Shown: positions 25,601 to 39,000 of the stretch, piece after piece
Numbering within the stretch: the stretch's first letter is position 1
Layout: each line of letters opens with the position of its first letter
From: Amphiscolops sp. MND2022
Lineage: Eukaryota
NCBI GenBank assembly: GCA_964187785.1
Contig: OZ076409.1
Span: 73,534,001-73,598,000, forward strand
Length of the DNA stretch: 64,000 nucleotides
Direction of reading: 5' to 3'
Notes under the pieces: generated by a model
Database searches by the model: none
Told to the model about the DNA's origin: nothing
What the model saw: the letters and a program-made list of their open reading frames with translations, nothing else
Program-made: the position numbers and the translations under genes

Positions 25601-28600
25601 TTATTGTTGGGCATTTCATGAGGAGTCCGTATACAAATTTTCGTCCAAATCGGATTAAAATTGATTGAGAAATAACTGAAAATTTGAGGAATTTTTTCGG
25701 AAATTTTCGAAAACCCAGTCTATCTCTGCCGTTTTTTGCCCAGATTTTTTTTGAGACACTCTCCTAAAGACCTCCCCTGGCCGATTTTCCTCCCAGCAAA
25801 ACCATTTGGCCCTAAATACGAAGTTTCACCGTTCTAGCATTCCCGGGCGAAAAGTTGTGGGACTTAGAAAAAATTTTTGGAAACGCAAAATGTGTAAAGT
25901 CAACTTCAGGCCTCCCAAAGTCAAGGAACTTCCACACAACTAGTATTGCAAGTGGATGCATGTGAAAAGTACTCAAACAGACGAGAAAAATGGGCTATAG
26001 AACGACTCTGTAGCTTAACTTGACGTTGACTTATGTCAATTTTAGTGTGAGCTTGCTGTGTGAGAAAAAAATTCAAAAGATGAAAATCAAAGCTAAATCT
26101 CATCCAAAACTCATCGGAAAACGTTCAGTCCATCCAAGAGCGGTTTAATTCCAGCTATATAATGCAGCAACACTATTCAAGACCATTTGATCCACTTACA
26201 TTAGTTTTGACACCGTATTATTCTTCCGAGAGCACAAAACAGTTGAGTACATTCCATCTCCCTTTCGGGGGAGATGAGAATGTACTCGCTAAAGTCCAGG
26301 TACTACAGTCCATATTTGTTTTTATGCGACGCTCTTATGGTTTGTATGCTAGTGCGTACACGTATTAATCTTTTAACCTATTTTTTGTTGTCTGCAGTTT
26401 GACTTTGACTTGACATAAACTGAACGTTTTGTCCTTACAACAGACATGACTAACGTCAACGCCCCATCCTTGCATCAACGCCCACCGTCCGTGGGCATGC
26501 CGAGGCATGCCCTTCGACGACGTATACCAAGATATACATCGAGCGCGTTAGCCTAGGTGCCGGTGTTTTCTTCACTTTTGAGGAAGTTGCGCGTGTGGGT
26601 AGGGCCCCTGGCGCGCTCCGTTGTCCCTGTGTTTACATCTTAGAAAATTTGAAAAAAAAATTGAGATCTCGAGAACTCTCCTAACGATTTGGCTAAAATT
26701 TTGCATGCGGCTTCCTATAACAATTCTAAGAACTAATCCCTAGTGGCGTTTTGCCCGGAAAATTTTTTTTGTTGACTTATTCACAATTTTAGGTCCGAAA
26801 AATGGCGTTTTTTCGAAAAATTTTTTTTCAAGAGCCCATATCTCGCTCCCAGTTGCCCGGAGCGATTCGTACGTGGACGTGATATTGCTGGGCACTTCAT
26901 CAGGAGTCCGTATACAAATTTTCGTCTAAATCGGATAAAAATTGACTAAGTAATAGCCGCAAAACGGACGCATTTTTCCGACATTTTTCGAAAACCTGGT
27001 CTATCTCTGCCGTTTTTTGCCCAGATTTTTTTTGAGACACTCTCCTAAAGACCTCCCCTGGCCGGTTTACCTCCCAGCAAAACCATTTGGCCCTAAATAC
27101 GAAGTTTCAGCGTTCTAGCATTCCCGGGCGAAAAGTTGTGGGACTTAGAAAAAATTTTTGAAAACGCAAAATGTGTAAAGTCAACTTCAGGCCTCCCAAA
27201 GTCAAGAAACTTCCACACAACTAGGATTGCAAGTGAATGCATGTAGAAAGTACTCGAATAGACGAGAAAAATGAGCTATAGAACGACTCTGTAGCTTAAC
27301 TTGACGTTGACTTATGACATTTTGAGTGTGAGCTTGCTTTGTGATAAAAAATGCAAAACATGAAAATGGAAGCAAAGTCTCGTCGAAAACCCATCGGAAC
27401 ACGTTTAATTCATCCCAGAGCGGTTTATTTACTGCTGTCTAATGCAGCAACACCATTCAAGATCATTTGACTCATTTTTATAAGTTTTGATTTTGTCTTA
27501 TTCATCCGATAGCACAAAACAGTTGAGTACATTCCATCTCCCCTCCGTGGGAGATGAGAATGTACTCGCTAAAGTCCAGGTACTACAGCCCATATTTGTT
27601 TTTATGCGATGCTTTTTATGCTAGTGAGCATATGTGTTAATCTTTTAACTGAATTTTTTTTCGTCTGTACTTTGATTTTGACTTGACATATACTGAACGT
27701 TTTGTCCTTACAACATACGCATGACTAACGTCAACGCCCCATCCTTGCATCAACGCCCACCGTCCGTGGGCATGCCGAGGCATGCCCTTCGACGACATAT
27801 AGCCAAATATATTCGAACGCGGTAGCCGCTAGGTGCCGGTGTTTTCCTCACATTTGGGGAAGTTGCGCGGTTGGGTAGGGTCCCTGACGCGCTCCCGTGT
27901 TTTTTGGTTTTCCAACTTAGACAGCTTGAAAAAAAAATTGGGATCTCGAGAACTCTCCTAACGATTTGGCTGAAATTTTGCATGCGGCTTCCTATAACAA
28001 TTCTAAGAACTAATCCCTTGTGGCGTTTTGCCCGGAAAATTTTTTTTGTTGACTTATTCACATTTTTAGGGTCAAAAAATGGCGTTTTTTCGAAAAATTT
28101 TTTTTCAAGAGCCCATATCTCGCTGCCAGTTGCCCGGAGCGATTCGCACGTGGACGTGATATTGCTGGGCACTTCATCAGGAGTCCGTATACAAATTTTC
28201 GTCCAAATCGAATGAAAATTGATTGAGAAATAACTGCAAATTTGGGGCATTTTTTCGGAAATTTTCGAAAACCTTGTCTATCTCTGCCGTTTTTTGCCCA
28301 GATTTTTTTTGAGACACTCTCCTAAAGACCTCCCCTGGCCGGTTTACCTCCCAGCAAAACCATTTGGCCCTAAATACGAAGTTTCAGCGTTCTAGCACTC
28401 CCGGGCGAAAAGTTGTGGGACTTAGAAAAAATTTTTGGAAACGCAAAATGTGTAAAGTCAACTTCAGGCCTCCCAAAGTCAAGAAACTTCCACACAACTA
28501 GGATTGCAAGTGAATGCATGTAGAAAGTACTCGAATAGACGAGAAAAATGAGCTATAGAACGACTCTGTAGCTTAACTTGACGTTGACTTATGACATTTT

Positions 28601-31324
28601 GAGTGTGAGCTTGCTTTGTGATAAAAAATGCAAAACATGAAAATGGAAGCAAAGTCTCGTCGAAAACCCATCGGAATACGTTCAATACATCCCAAAGCAG
28701 CTTATTTCCAAGTGTCTGGTCCAGCAACACCATTCAAGAACATTTGACCCATTTTTATAAGTTTTGACACCGTATTATTCATCCGAGAGCACGAAACAGT
28801 TGAGTACATTCCATCTCCCTTTCGGGGGAGATGAGAATGTACTCGCTAAAGTCCAGGTACTACAGCCCATAATTGTTTTTATGCAACGCTCTTTATGCTA
28901 GTGTGCACACGTATTAATCTTTGAACTGAATTTTCTCTCGTCGGCACTTTGACTTTGACTTGACATATACTGAATATTTTGTCCTTTTAATATACACATG
29001 ACTAACGTCAACGCCCCATCCTTGCATCAACGCCCACCGTCCGTGGGCATGCCGAGGCATGCCCTTCGACGACGTGCACCAAGATATGTTCGAGCGCGTT
29101 AGCCTAGGTGCCGGGATTTCTATTCGATAAAGTAAGTTGCGCGGTTGGGTAGGGCCCCGTGAGCGCGCCCGTGTCTGTGTTTTTTGAACCTGAATTTGCG
29201 GGTGCCAAAATAGACGATCTCCTAAACTATCCATACGATTTTGCTCAAATTTGGCATACGGGTTCCTGAGACAGATATAAGAACTAATTCCTACTGGCGT
29301 TTTGCCCGGAAAATTTTTTTTGTTGCGCAAACTTGAAATTTTTGACAAAAAAATGCGTTTTTTTTTGAAAAATTTTTTGAGAGGCCATATCTTTTTTCAG
29401 GGTGCCCGGAGCGGGACGCGTTAAACTGATTATAAACTCTACGGTTCACGGGCTGTACGGGCAACCTATTTTTGTTGGAATCCGACTTGTAGATTTTGAG
29501 ATATATTATCAAATTTGGGTGTTTTTTTTCCAATTTTTCGAAAAACCTGGTTTATCTCTGCCGTTTTTTGCCCAGATTTTTTTCTAGACCCTCTCCTAAA
29601 GGCCTCCCCTGGCCGGATTACGTCCCAGCAAAACCATTTGGCCCTAAATACGAAGTTTCAGCGTTCTAGCATTCTCGGGCGAAAAGTTGTGGGACTTAAA
29701 AATTTTTTTTTAAAACGCAAAATGTGTAAAGTCAACTTCAGGCCTCCCAAAGTCAAGGAACTTCCACACAACTAGGATTGCAAGTGGATGCATGTGGAAA
29801 GTGCTTGAATAGACGAGGAAAATGAGCTATTATAAAACTCTGTAGCTTAACCTGACGTTGACTTATGACAATTTTAGTGTGAGCTTGCTATGTGAGAAAA
29901 AATTTCAAAAATTGAAAATCGAAGCTAAGTCTCATCCAAAACTCATCGGAATACGTTCAATCCATTCCAAAGCAGTTTACTTCCAGCTATAGACTGCAGC
30001 AACACTATTCAAGACCATTGTACTCCTTTATATTAGTTTTGACATTGTATTATTCATCCGAGAGCACAAAGCAGTTGAGTACATTCCATCTCCCTTTCGG
30101 GGGAGATGAGAATGTACTCGCTAAAGAACAGGTACTACAGCCAATTTTTGTATTTATGCGAAGCCATTCTATGCTATTGCACATAACAACTATGCTATTG
30201 ACTTAATTTTGCCTACACTTTGCTATGACATATGCTAAACGTTTGGTCCTTACAACAACATACACATGACTAACGTCAACACCACATACTGTTACCAACG
30301 CCCACCGTCCGTGGGCATGCCGAGGCATGCCCTTCGACGACGTATGCCAAATACCTTCCAGCGACGCTCGCGCTCCCCGGCTAGGTGCCGGTGTTTTCTT
30401 CACTTTTGAGGAAGTTGCGCGTGTGGGTAGGGCCCCTGGCGCGCTCCGTTGTCCCTGTGTTTACATCTTAGAAAATTTGAAAAAAAATTGAGATCTCGAG
30501 AACTCTCCTAACGATTTGGCTGAAATTTTGCATGCGGCTTCCTATAACAATTGTAAGAACTAATCCCTAGTGGCGTTTTGCCCGGAAAATTTTTTTTGTT
30601 GACTTATTCACAATTTTAGGTCCGAAAAATGACGTTTTTTCGAAAAAATTTTTTTAAGAGCCCATATCTCGCTCCCAGTTGCCCGGAGCGATTCGTACGT
30701 GGACGTGATATTGCTGGGCACTTCATCAGGAGTCCGTATACAAATTTTCGTCTAAATCGGATAAAAATTGACTAAGTAATAGCCGCAAAACGGACGCATT
30801 TTTCCGACATTTTTCGAAAACCTAGTCTATCTCTGCCGTTTTTTGCCCAGATTTTTTTTGAGACACTCTCCTAAAGACCTCCCCTGGCCGGTTTACCTCC
30901 CAGCAAAACCATTTGGCCCTAAATACGAAGTTTCAGCGTTCTAGCATTCCCGGGCGAAAAGTTGTGGGACTTAGAAAAAATTTTTGGAAACGCAAAATGT
31001 GTAAAGTCAACTTCAGGCCTCCCAAAGTCAAGAAACTTCCACACAACTAGGATTGCAAGTGAATGCATGTGGAAAGTACTCGGATAGACGAGAAAAATGA
31101 GCTATAGAACGTCTCTGGTTCTTAATCTGACGTTGACTTATGGTGTTTTGAATGTGGGCTTGTGAAGGTGTCTAAAAGTAAAAAAATGGAAATCGAGTTA
31201 TTCTACAGCAAAAACTCCTTTAAATAGGCTAATTAGGTATAAGTAACGTGAAACACTGTCGTACGGAACGATTATGATTATAGGCGATACGGTTCGTTCA
31301 AAAAAATTGCCAACAATTTTGCTC

Positions 31325-31404
31325 TTTTTTCTTAGGTTTTTTTGTCTAGGATTTTTTTCTTTGGTTTTTTTGCTTAGGTTATAGGTGTAGGTTATAGGTT
31401 AGGC
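31325..31404 (+). repeat. Short degenerate T-run/TAGG repeat tract
   Basis: TTTTTTCTTAGG TTTTTTTGTCTAGG ... TTAGGTTATAGGTGTAGGTTATAGGTTAGG read directly. Confidence 0.6.
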
Positions 31405-33010
31405 TTTTTGTAAGGCCCTGTTGGCTTTCCCTGTTCACAGCATAGTTTGTTTTTAGTGGCAGAAGAAGACGACGACGACCAAGCATACGAGTTTTTTCTT
31501 TTTTTTTTGGTTTTCCTTGGGGTTAATGGCTATCCCGAAACCAGTGGCTCCTGCTCGAGGGCTTCTCGGGTGCTGGTTTCGTGTATGGGGTTTCCCCCCC
31601 CCCCCAGTAGGTAACCTCTGCCCAAATTTTCAAACGTCCCTCGTAATTCGCATTTTGCCGGTGTCTTTTTTTTACGGGCGTTTCGTCGAAAAAGATAGAA
31701 TTTTTCTCGGAACCGGCAAAATCGGAAAATCAATCACCAAAAATAAACGACGTCGAGAAATCAATCAGACTTATCGGGCGTCCAGTTGCTACAAAGAAGA
31801 AGTACAGATTAACTATGCTTCAGTTTCAGGTGCCTGTCAATCGAGCTCAAGATGTCTTTTTTTGTAACTTATTAAATAGTCCATAAAGTTATTGAAAATA
31901 GGGAAATTTGTAAAGGTTAGTTTTTTTGAATATTGATAGAAATTTTTGATCATATGTACTAGTGCTTTTAAAAGCAACAGGATATATAAATATAAAGTAA
32001 ACTAAATTGCAGTTTAACTGTTCTAATTTCCTTCAGTTTTAGTTTACAGATGAAGACTCGCCATAGCCATACGTAACGTTATCTGAATCGAATTCGCGGA
32101 GACTTTCACATCTGCACATCGTTCGTACGGTCGTTATTGAGCATAAAATACGCTCATTGAAAAAATGTGTGATCGGCGTCGTTCAATTTCTACATGTAAC
32201 TTACGTTCCCTATTATGAAGTCTTAATTTGTTACATATCTCTGCGGGATCTCTGCCATTATATAGTTTTGACCTATCTAAAAATGTTTAATGGTTTAACC
32301 CATCAAGCTATTGAACTATTTGGATGTTGGATGAACCTGTTTTTGATTCTGATCAAAGAGTCAATTTCTCGTCATATTATACGATTATGACACCAGATTT
32401 CTTCTCCAATTTAAACAAAAAATTGAATGTTTGGTAGACTTTTGGAACCCGCAGAGAAAACAGTTCCAATGTAAAGGCTATGTTTATGAATCCTTTGTAC
32501 CAGATGCACTTGAGAATGAATTCTACCAATAAAAGACTTGAAACCTCTTGTACTGTATGTTTGATGTATGTTTATTTTATACTGAGAGTCAAGAAGGTCT
32601 TTAATTATCGCGAGATATCGTTTCATTTTTTCTGTGAAATTCCTATCATTTATCGTTTTTCAGCAGTCAAACAAACCTTGATATTCTTTGATAATACGCT
32701 GCCTACAAAGTTTTAGCGATCGGCTCATTGTTTCTTTTGTCGGAGGTGCGTAAAAATGTAATGATACATCGTGTAAGCGATAACTTCATATTCCAACAAT
32801 GTTTCAACAAATCTCGTGATATACCTAGTAGTTCTCGATCATCACACTTTCAAAGCTATGATGTTTGAAACTGGTCGTTTTCGCTATCACCAGGATTTTT
32901 GAATTGCAGTTATTCTGAATTTTTTTAATACCTTCAAAATACTTCTTTTCTCGAAGCGTTTCGTGACAACTTATGTTTCAAACGTGTATCTGATTGTGCG
33001 AAACTTCACC

Positions 33011-33028
33011 TTTTATTTATTTTTTCAG
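33011..33028 (+). promoter_or_regulatory. Probable 3' splice acceptor (cis or trans) just before the first ATG of the large ORF
   Basis: T-rich tract TTTTATTTATTTTTTCAG|G ends 4 nt before ATG 33033; inferred from the spliceosomal consensus only. Confidence 0.5.
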
Positions 33029-33032
33029 GGTT

Positions 33033-36000
33033 ATGTCCACGAGAGGGCGCGGTCGTCCAACCCGCAACCGTGGAAGCCGAAAAACGTGTTCACGATGTAG
33101 CTCTTTCGTGCGCTCTGATTTAACTTTATGTTCACGATGCTCCTCAACAGATGTCCAGTTGCCGAACGGGAATGAAGATGAACCACATTCGTCCAATGTG
33201 GAAGAAATATCTGCAACGCAACAGTTTGTCACTTGTAGCCTTTGCAGCTCGAATGAACAAACTAATGGAAATCTTTGTGCTGATTGCAGTCCTTTTGTTT
33301 TACCAGAGTGTACTTCCGTTGAATGTCAGAAATGTCGACGAATCCCTTCCACACCACTGAAAACAGCAACAATCGGAGAAATTAAAGTTACACAATTTGG
33401 ATGTCGTCTATCTAGAACAAGCCATGACTTAATCAACCTTTGTGACGAATGTTTCCATTTCTCCACTGGAGGATCATCTTGGAAAAATGCCTGGCCTGCT
33501 GTAATTTTGGACTTTTTAATTGGTAAGTTTAGTGGACTAGTCTCGAATAAACCTTTCCACAGTGTCTTACCTCAATCAATGTTGCAACAATACCAACATC
33601 TGCGTCAAAATATTGGTGATCCTGATAGAGTTTTCAACGATTTAACACCGAAACTGTCAACCTTCAAGAACCTAAAACAATCTCTGAAAGTTGAAGATGT
33701 CAAAGCGGCCCATAACACATTTTGTTTCCCGGAAGTAAGATGTCCTTTTGGGTGTTCTGAGTTTGTTGGTCAAACAGGCACTGTGCCTTTCCATTACTTT
33801 TTAAACAAGTTGGACCCCAATTTCAAATTCAAAGTAACAAATTGGAAACTCCGTCTCAGATGCGTTCGCCCAGATTGGCTAACAAGCTACATTCACAATG
33901 ACATGTTCATTATCAAACCGCATGTCGTTATTGACAATGTGAAAGGATTATGTATAGCAACATGCAGTTTCCATAACGGTGGATCCAACAAGCTATTCGT
34001 ACATCCGCCATGTAACCCGACCGGTAGACTGCCATCCAGAAATTCTGATCGTTTGGGACCAGCGACAATTACTTACAACTCATACAAACCTGCTAAGCCA
34101 AATTACTCAAGTCATACGTATTCCATGGGCGTAGCAAAAGGAGGCTTCACAGGGATTAGTTCAACAACAATAGGATGTAAACGGAAATGGGACATTGCTT
34201 TTGGAATGAAAGAAGTGTCCAGAGAGTCTTTGTGCTGCAATAATCGATCAGACATCAAACCTCTTCTACAGAAACTAGTTAAACAAGGTGAATTGTCACA
34301 AAATCTTTGCGACAGTATATCATCAGCGGACGCCATGCCTGAATGTCATGAAATTTCAAACTGCCTCAGAAATACAACATCTGTTCCTTTGGAATCTTCT
34401 CTTGCGGTGAAAAAACTACAAGAAAGTGGTATCGAAGTGAAGTATTTCCCTATTTTTGCACACCCCTTCAACAATTACGGATGTGATCCTCCCGAATTGG
34501 CTATTGTTAATTGTGAAAGACTGTACTTGTGGAACTTTTTTGTCATGTTTGCTTTGAGTTCTTCATTCCATTCTTCGTTACTGGAATCTACTGTTCAACA
34601 AAGTAAAGAATTGGCGAAAACATTTCACCAAATGTTTTGTGAACCGGGAAAGTCGAGTTCCAAGAAACAAAAAGAAGATTTGACACGGTCTCTAGAATCC
34701 TTATCCTCGAATGCTTCCGGTGACTTCCATAGAGATATCACACAACTTTTAACGAGTATAACTTTTTGTGACATTGTTAGTGTCAATGCTCGGGACGACG
34801 TGAATTCACTCTTGACGAACAACAATTACAAGAACATTGTGATCTTCACGTCCAACTCCAGAACAGGGACACACACTTCATATTTGCCAGATCGAGTATC
34901 AAGTCCTAATGGAAACGTCACTTATGAACTGAGATCAATTGCGATAAAAGACGGCAATACAATCAAAACTGTAGTGAGACATGGCAAACAATACAATTGT
35001 TGGTGGACTTATTCGAGTAACAGTTATCAACCTTTACAAATCAACGTTGACGACGTCACATTAATGGGTCAAATACATTCCAATTGGATTACTTGTCACT
35101 TTGAACATGTTGATTCGCTCAAGTTGCGTGAAGAGAAATTCCGCTATCTGGAGTACTTGGGAGGACAAGGTAAATTCATATGTAACCAACATCAAATTCC
35201 TTTAACTGTCAGCAGCAAAAAATCAAACTGCACCTGTTCTATTCTTGCCAACTGTCTCAGAAAAGCCGCATGGCAGTGTCCGTCCTCAGACTGTACGTCT
35301 GGAGTTTGTCGTTCACATTTCAAAAGTGACACTCAGTCGGAAAGAGTTTTCGTTCATCCAACTTGCAACACCATAATGGCGGACAGTGTCCCACGTGTAG
35401 AAACAACAGAAGATCCCGAGCAATTGGTCGAACTATCAGATACCGAGTCAGAATACGATGAGTTTTCTTTTGTGCATTTTGCTACAGACTCTGGTGGAAT
35501 TGACAACTCAGAATCTTTGAACGCAACCGATTCTGGAGATATACCATATGTTCATGAGTCACTTCAAAGTAATGTTCCCACACACATTCTGTTGAACACC
35601 GATTGCCATGTTCTTCAAAGGCATAGGTACCGAAACGAACGAAACAAAAGTTGTTCCCGAATTTTGCAAAATATAGTGGCATCTACCCCAGGTGATTCAA
35701 TTCCTCTTATCTACCCTGAGGCAACAGTTTTCCCCACGCAGTATTTCCACGAACAGGAGGACGGTACAATCACTGGCGCAGTACCATCATCACTTTACAA
35801 TGACAAACAAACCAAACGATTCCACTTCGCAGAAATAGAGGACCACAAAAGAACTTCTTTGCTAAATCCAAATTTACTGCAGTCAACAGATGTGAGAAGC
35901 ATACAAACGTCTTTCGACACTGTGTTTAACAAGCGCCTCACTTTTGCTGATACCAGATTGGTTCTTAACCGTGGCTTCCAGGAAGTGAACTCCAAAATGA

Positions 36001-39000
36001 GCAAGACTATATCTCCAGACAACACAAGATTGCAGTTCGATAAAGCGGACTCTAGAGTGCGTGTCAACGAATTGGCGTCCCTCCTGTCAGAAGAGCCTGC
36101 AACTTTTTTCCTGACTCTCACGTGCAATCAAAAAGAGCACTTTGGAGTTGGCCCAATTTTTGACGCATTGGAGGAAAAGTATGACAGAAACAATACTGAA
36201 GAATGGTATGGTGCCGTACAAGCTGAAATTGTCCTTTTAACAAGAGCATGGTATCGATCAGCCGAAGCTCTAATGGAATACATTGAAAAATCGCCAGATA
36301 AACCCCTCGGGACTGTAACAAAGTTGTGGTACAGATATGAATTTCAGTCAACTAAAGGTAACTTGCCACACATTCACGCCGTTATTTGGACAAGAGAGAG
36401 CATTGACGAATTAAAATACAAAGTTTCTTGTTCTGGTTCATCTGCTTTATTTGAATTGAAGAAACTCGCAAACGAGACAGAACTCATACAAACAAATGAC
36501 GTAATGGAGATTTGGAATGACCTGATGACAGTTCAAACGCATTCATGTGAAAAAGCTGGTTTTCGATGTCATAAAGTCACCAAAGAAGATGGATCCACCA
36601 TATGCAGAGTACCACGATACCCTTTCAGTTCTGAATACAAATGGAGAAAAGTTCCTTCTTGTCACTCTGAAGAAGCTCTTGAAAAACTGTTTTTTCTAGA
36701 CTTGGCCGTGCCCTCACAAAGTCGTGACAACACTTACGATATAACAAACTTGCTCCAAGGCGGGAAGCATGAGTATCCTGCATCCACCAATGAACACTTG
36801 TCGCCTTTCAACACTCTCTTGTTTCTGCTGACAAAATCTTCCCAGAATCTGCAGTTGTGTGATGAGTATTTATCTGCTCGATACATCGCCAAATATGCTG
36901 CAGGAATAGAAGAAAGAGCAGATGCCCATGTAGATCCCATTACTTTCAAGGACATCAAAGTACAGACGAACGGCATTAAAAATATCAAAATATCGGGATC
37001 TAAACTTAGAAGTAACATAACAGAAAGAAAAACACTGGTTCAAATAATACCTCTTGTAGAATCAATCTGGTGGCTATTAGAGTTTAATTACGTGTACAGC
37101 TCCGTTACATTTGTGCACATGAATACCCACGAAAAATCGGAACGAGCATCAATTGTGAAGAACACTTCCCGGAATCAAACAACTGTATCTTTGCCACTTC
37201 ATGTTACAAAACTTTCTACTTTTCCACCTCATCGGAATTATACCCAGTCACAATTGCTCTTACTGGAAGATCATTTGGCCAGCGACTATACGACTTGCAA
37301 AATGTCCATTTTCAGTGGCAGACCTCCTGCACTACTTTTTGTTGACAACCCTAAACTATATTTCACATGGTTTCAACGTAAACAGCTCAAAAATCCTGAA
37401 ACCAAAATTAAAGAAAATGCCAACTCCTCAATGTGGATTGACATATTTGGATTTGCAGTGTATTTGCGCAGATACTATTTGGATTCATTCAGGGACTATA
37501 TACAGAAATGCAGATCAGAAGGACATGCAAACTTGACACGCTTCGAACAGGATTCAACTTTGACTTTTTTGCAGACTGACACTCATGGACTAAAAACAAT
37601 AGAAGATAGACCTGTTCAGGTGGTAACATCAAATATTTTACCAATCAGCCCCCAGAAGTTTCTCATTCATTACGTACTCTCCTACGGTCGATTTGAAACG
37701 GAAATTGATCTCTTCAACAATGCCAGCATGATTGATGTTTTCCAACACTGCAAACTGCTTCTAAGAAAGAGCTCCTACACTCAACAAGACGCGTTACCAC
37801 TGATTAGAAACTACGTTTTGGATGAACTGAAATATCTTCCCGGTGCCAGTCGCTCCTTTGACCGCCATCTGTTAGCCAGTTTTGAGTTATTCACAAATCT
37901 TGTTACAAACAATCAAATTTATACAGAAGCACTGCCTTCCGTTTTACATACCGCAATTCACGAGAATGCATCACACGCCTACAATGTTTTCAACGCTCAG
38001 AAGAAGGAGAGATGTGTCCAGGCATGTCTTTTAAATCCACCATTGGCACCGTTACAACCATACCAGACACAGCTTCTGAATGCCACTCGCAGAAATCCTT
38101 TTCTTTTCGATTACCCGTTTCCTCGAGCGGAGGGTCAATCAGAAGATTCCTACATGTTTCAACAGCAAGTTTTTGATGTTTGCTCTGAAAGATTGGACAC
38201 TTATGTTAATGGAAGTCAAGGATTCGTCAAGCATCAAATGTTTTTGGGACGTCCCGGAAGCGGAAAAACGCTGGTGTGCACGATGCTTTTCATTAAAGCC
38301 GTTTCAAAAGGCTTAAATTGCTCAATAACGTGTTTGAGTGGTGAACGTGCCCAGCAACTTGGAGGGGAACACATTCACAAAATGTTCAAGTTCAAAGTCA
38401 ACCACTCTTTAGTTCCCGAAGTGATGGCGAGTCAAAGTGTGAAGTGTTTATTAAGGGATGTCACAAGATTCACCGATTTAGAAAGATTAGAAGTACTGTT
38501 CATAGACGAAGTAGGCCAATTAAACGCGGAGTTGCTGTGTGCCATGGAACTTGTATTGCAGAATGTCCGTGACAACAAGCTACCTATGGGCGGTGTACTA
38601 ACACTTTTCACCGGAGATCCAAAGCAATTGAAACCACCGGATGGATCCCTGGTTTGGTTGTCACCAAAAATGCTAACCAACTTCGAGTTTCATTATTTCT
38701 TACACTACGTCAGAGCAGTTCCTGGCCTCTTAAGAGAGATTTTGAGCAAATTGGATGAAACCAATATTGGTGAGACTGAGGCTGCCGCTTTAGCAAGAAT
38801 AATTATATCCAATTGCGTTATCAAAGCTAATTGGGATGACGAAAATAACACCTTCGCAATGAGAGTATTCAGCACCCGAGCAGCAGAAAAAACAGCAGTC
38901 GCACAACACAGTGAAAGAATTTTGAATGACGTTAACTGTCCATCCATCATATTTGCAGCTCAGGATGAACAAAGTTCAACTGGATCATCCATATGGTTAC

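Larger units (their letters stand above)
1..30384 (+). repeat. Left arm of a head-to-tail array of non-autonomous Helitron-like cassettes (1 partial + 23 complete units, 1262-1404 bp)
   Basis: Core hairpin + variable tail + CTAGGTG recurs with CTAG starting at 781, 2064, 3353, 4622, 5902, 7189, 8451, 9737, 11004, 12275, 13588, 14863, 16167, 17447, 18721, 19987, 21266, 22670, 23975, 25272, 26553, 27829, 29104 and 30381. Internal blocks are shared, all units have the same orientation, and there are no long ORFs. Confidence 0.93.

Noticed and set aside
785..30403. Many 60-166-aa ORFs in the left arm (e.g. GMPRHALRRR, MLTKPCKLSQECC, MILPMLGGN)
   Set aside because: They recur only because the repeats recur. 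They occur in all frames and both strands, often start at non-ATG codons, are F/K-rich from A/T runs and are broken by homopolymer indels between copies.
31374..31404. True telomeric repeat
   Set aside because: Only a few imperfect TAGG units, located internally.
32994..33032. TTG start given by the ORF track
   Set aside because: In a eukaryotic context this stretch looks like a splice-acceptor tract; ATG 33033 is preferred.
33017..38972. Small overlapping or antisense ORFs inside the large CDS
   Set aside because: Expected shadows of a long coding frame; no independent support.
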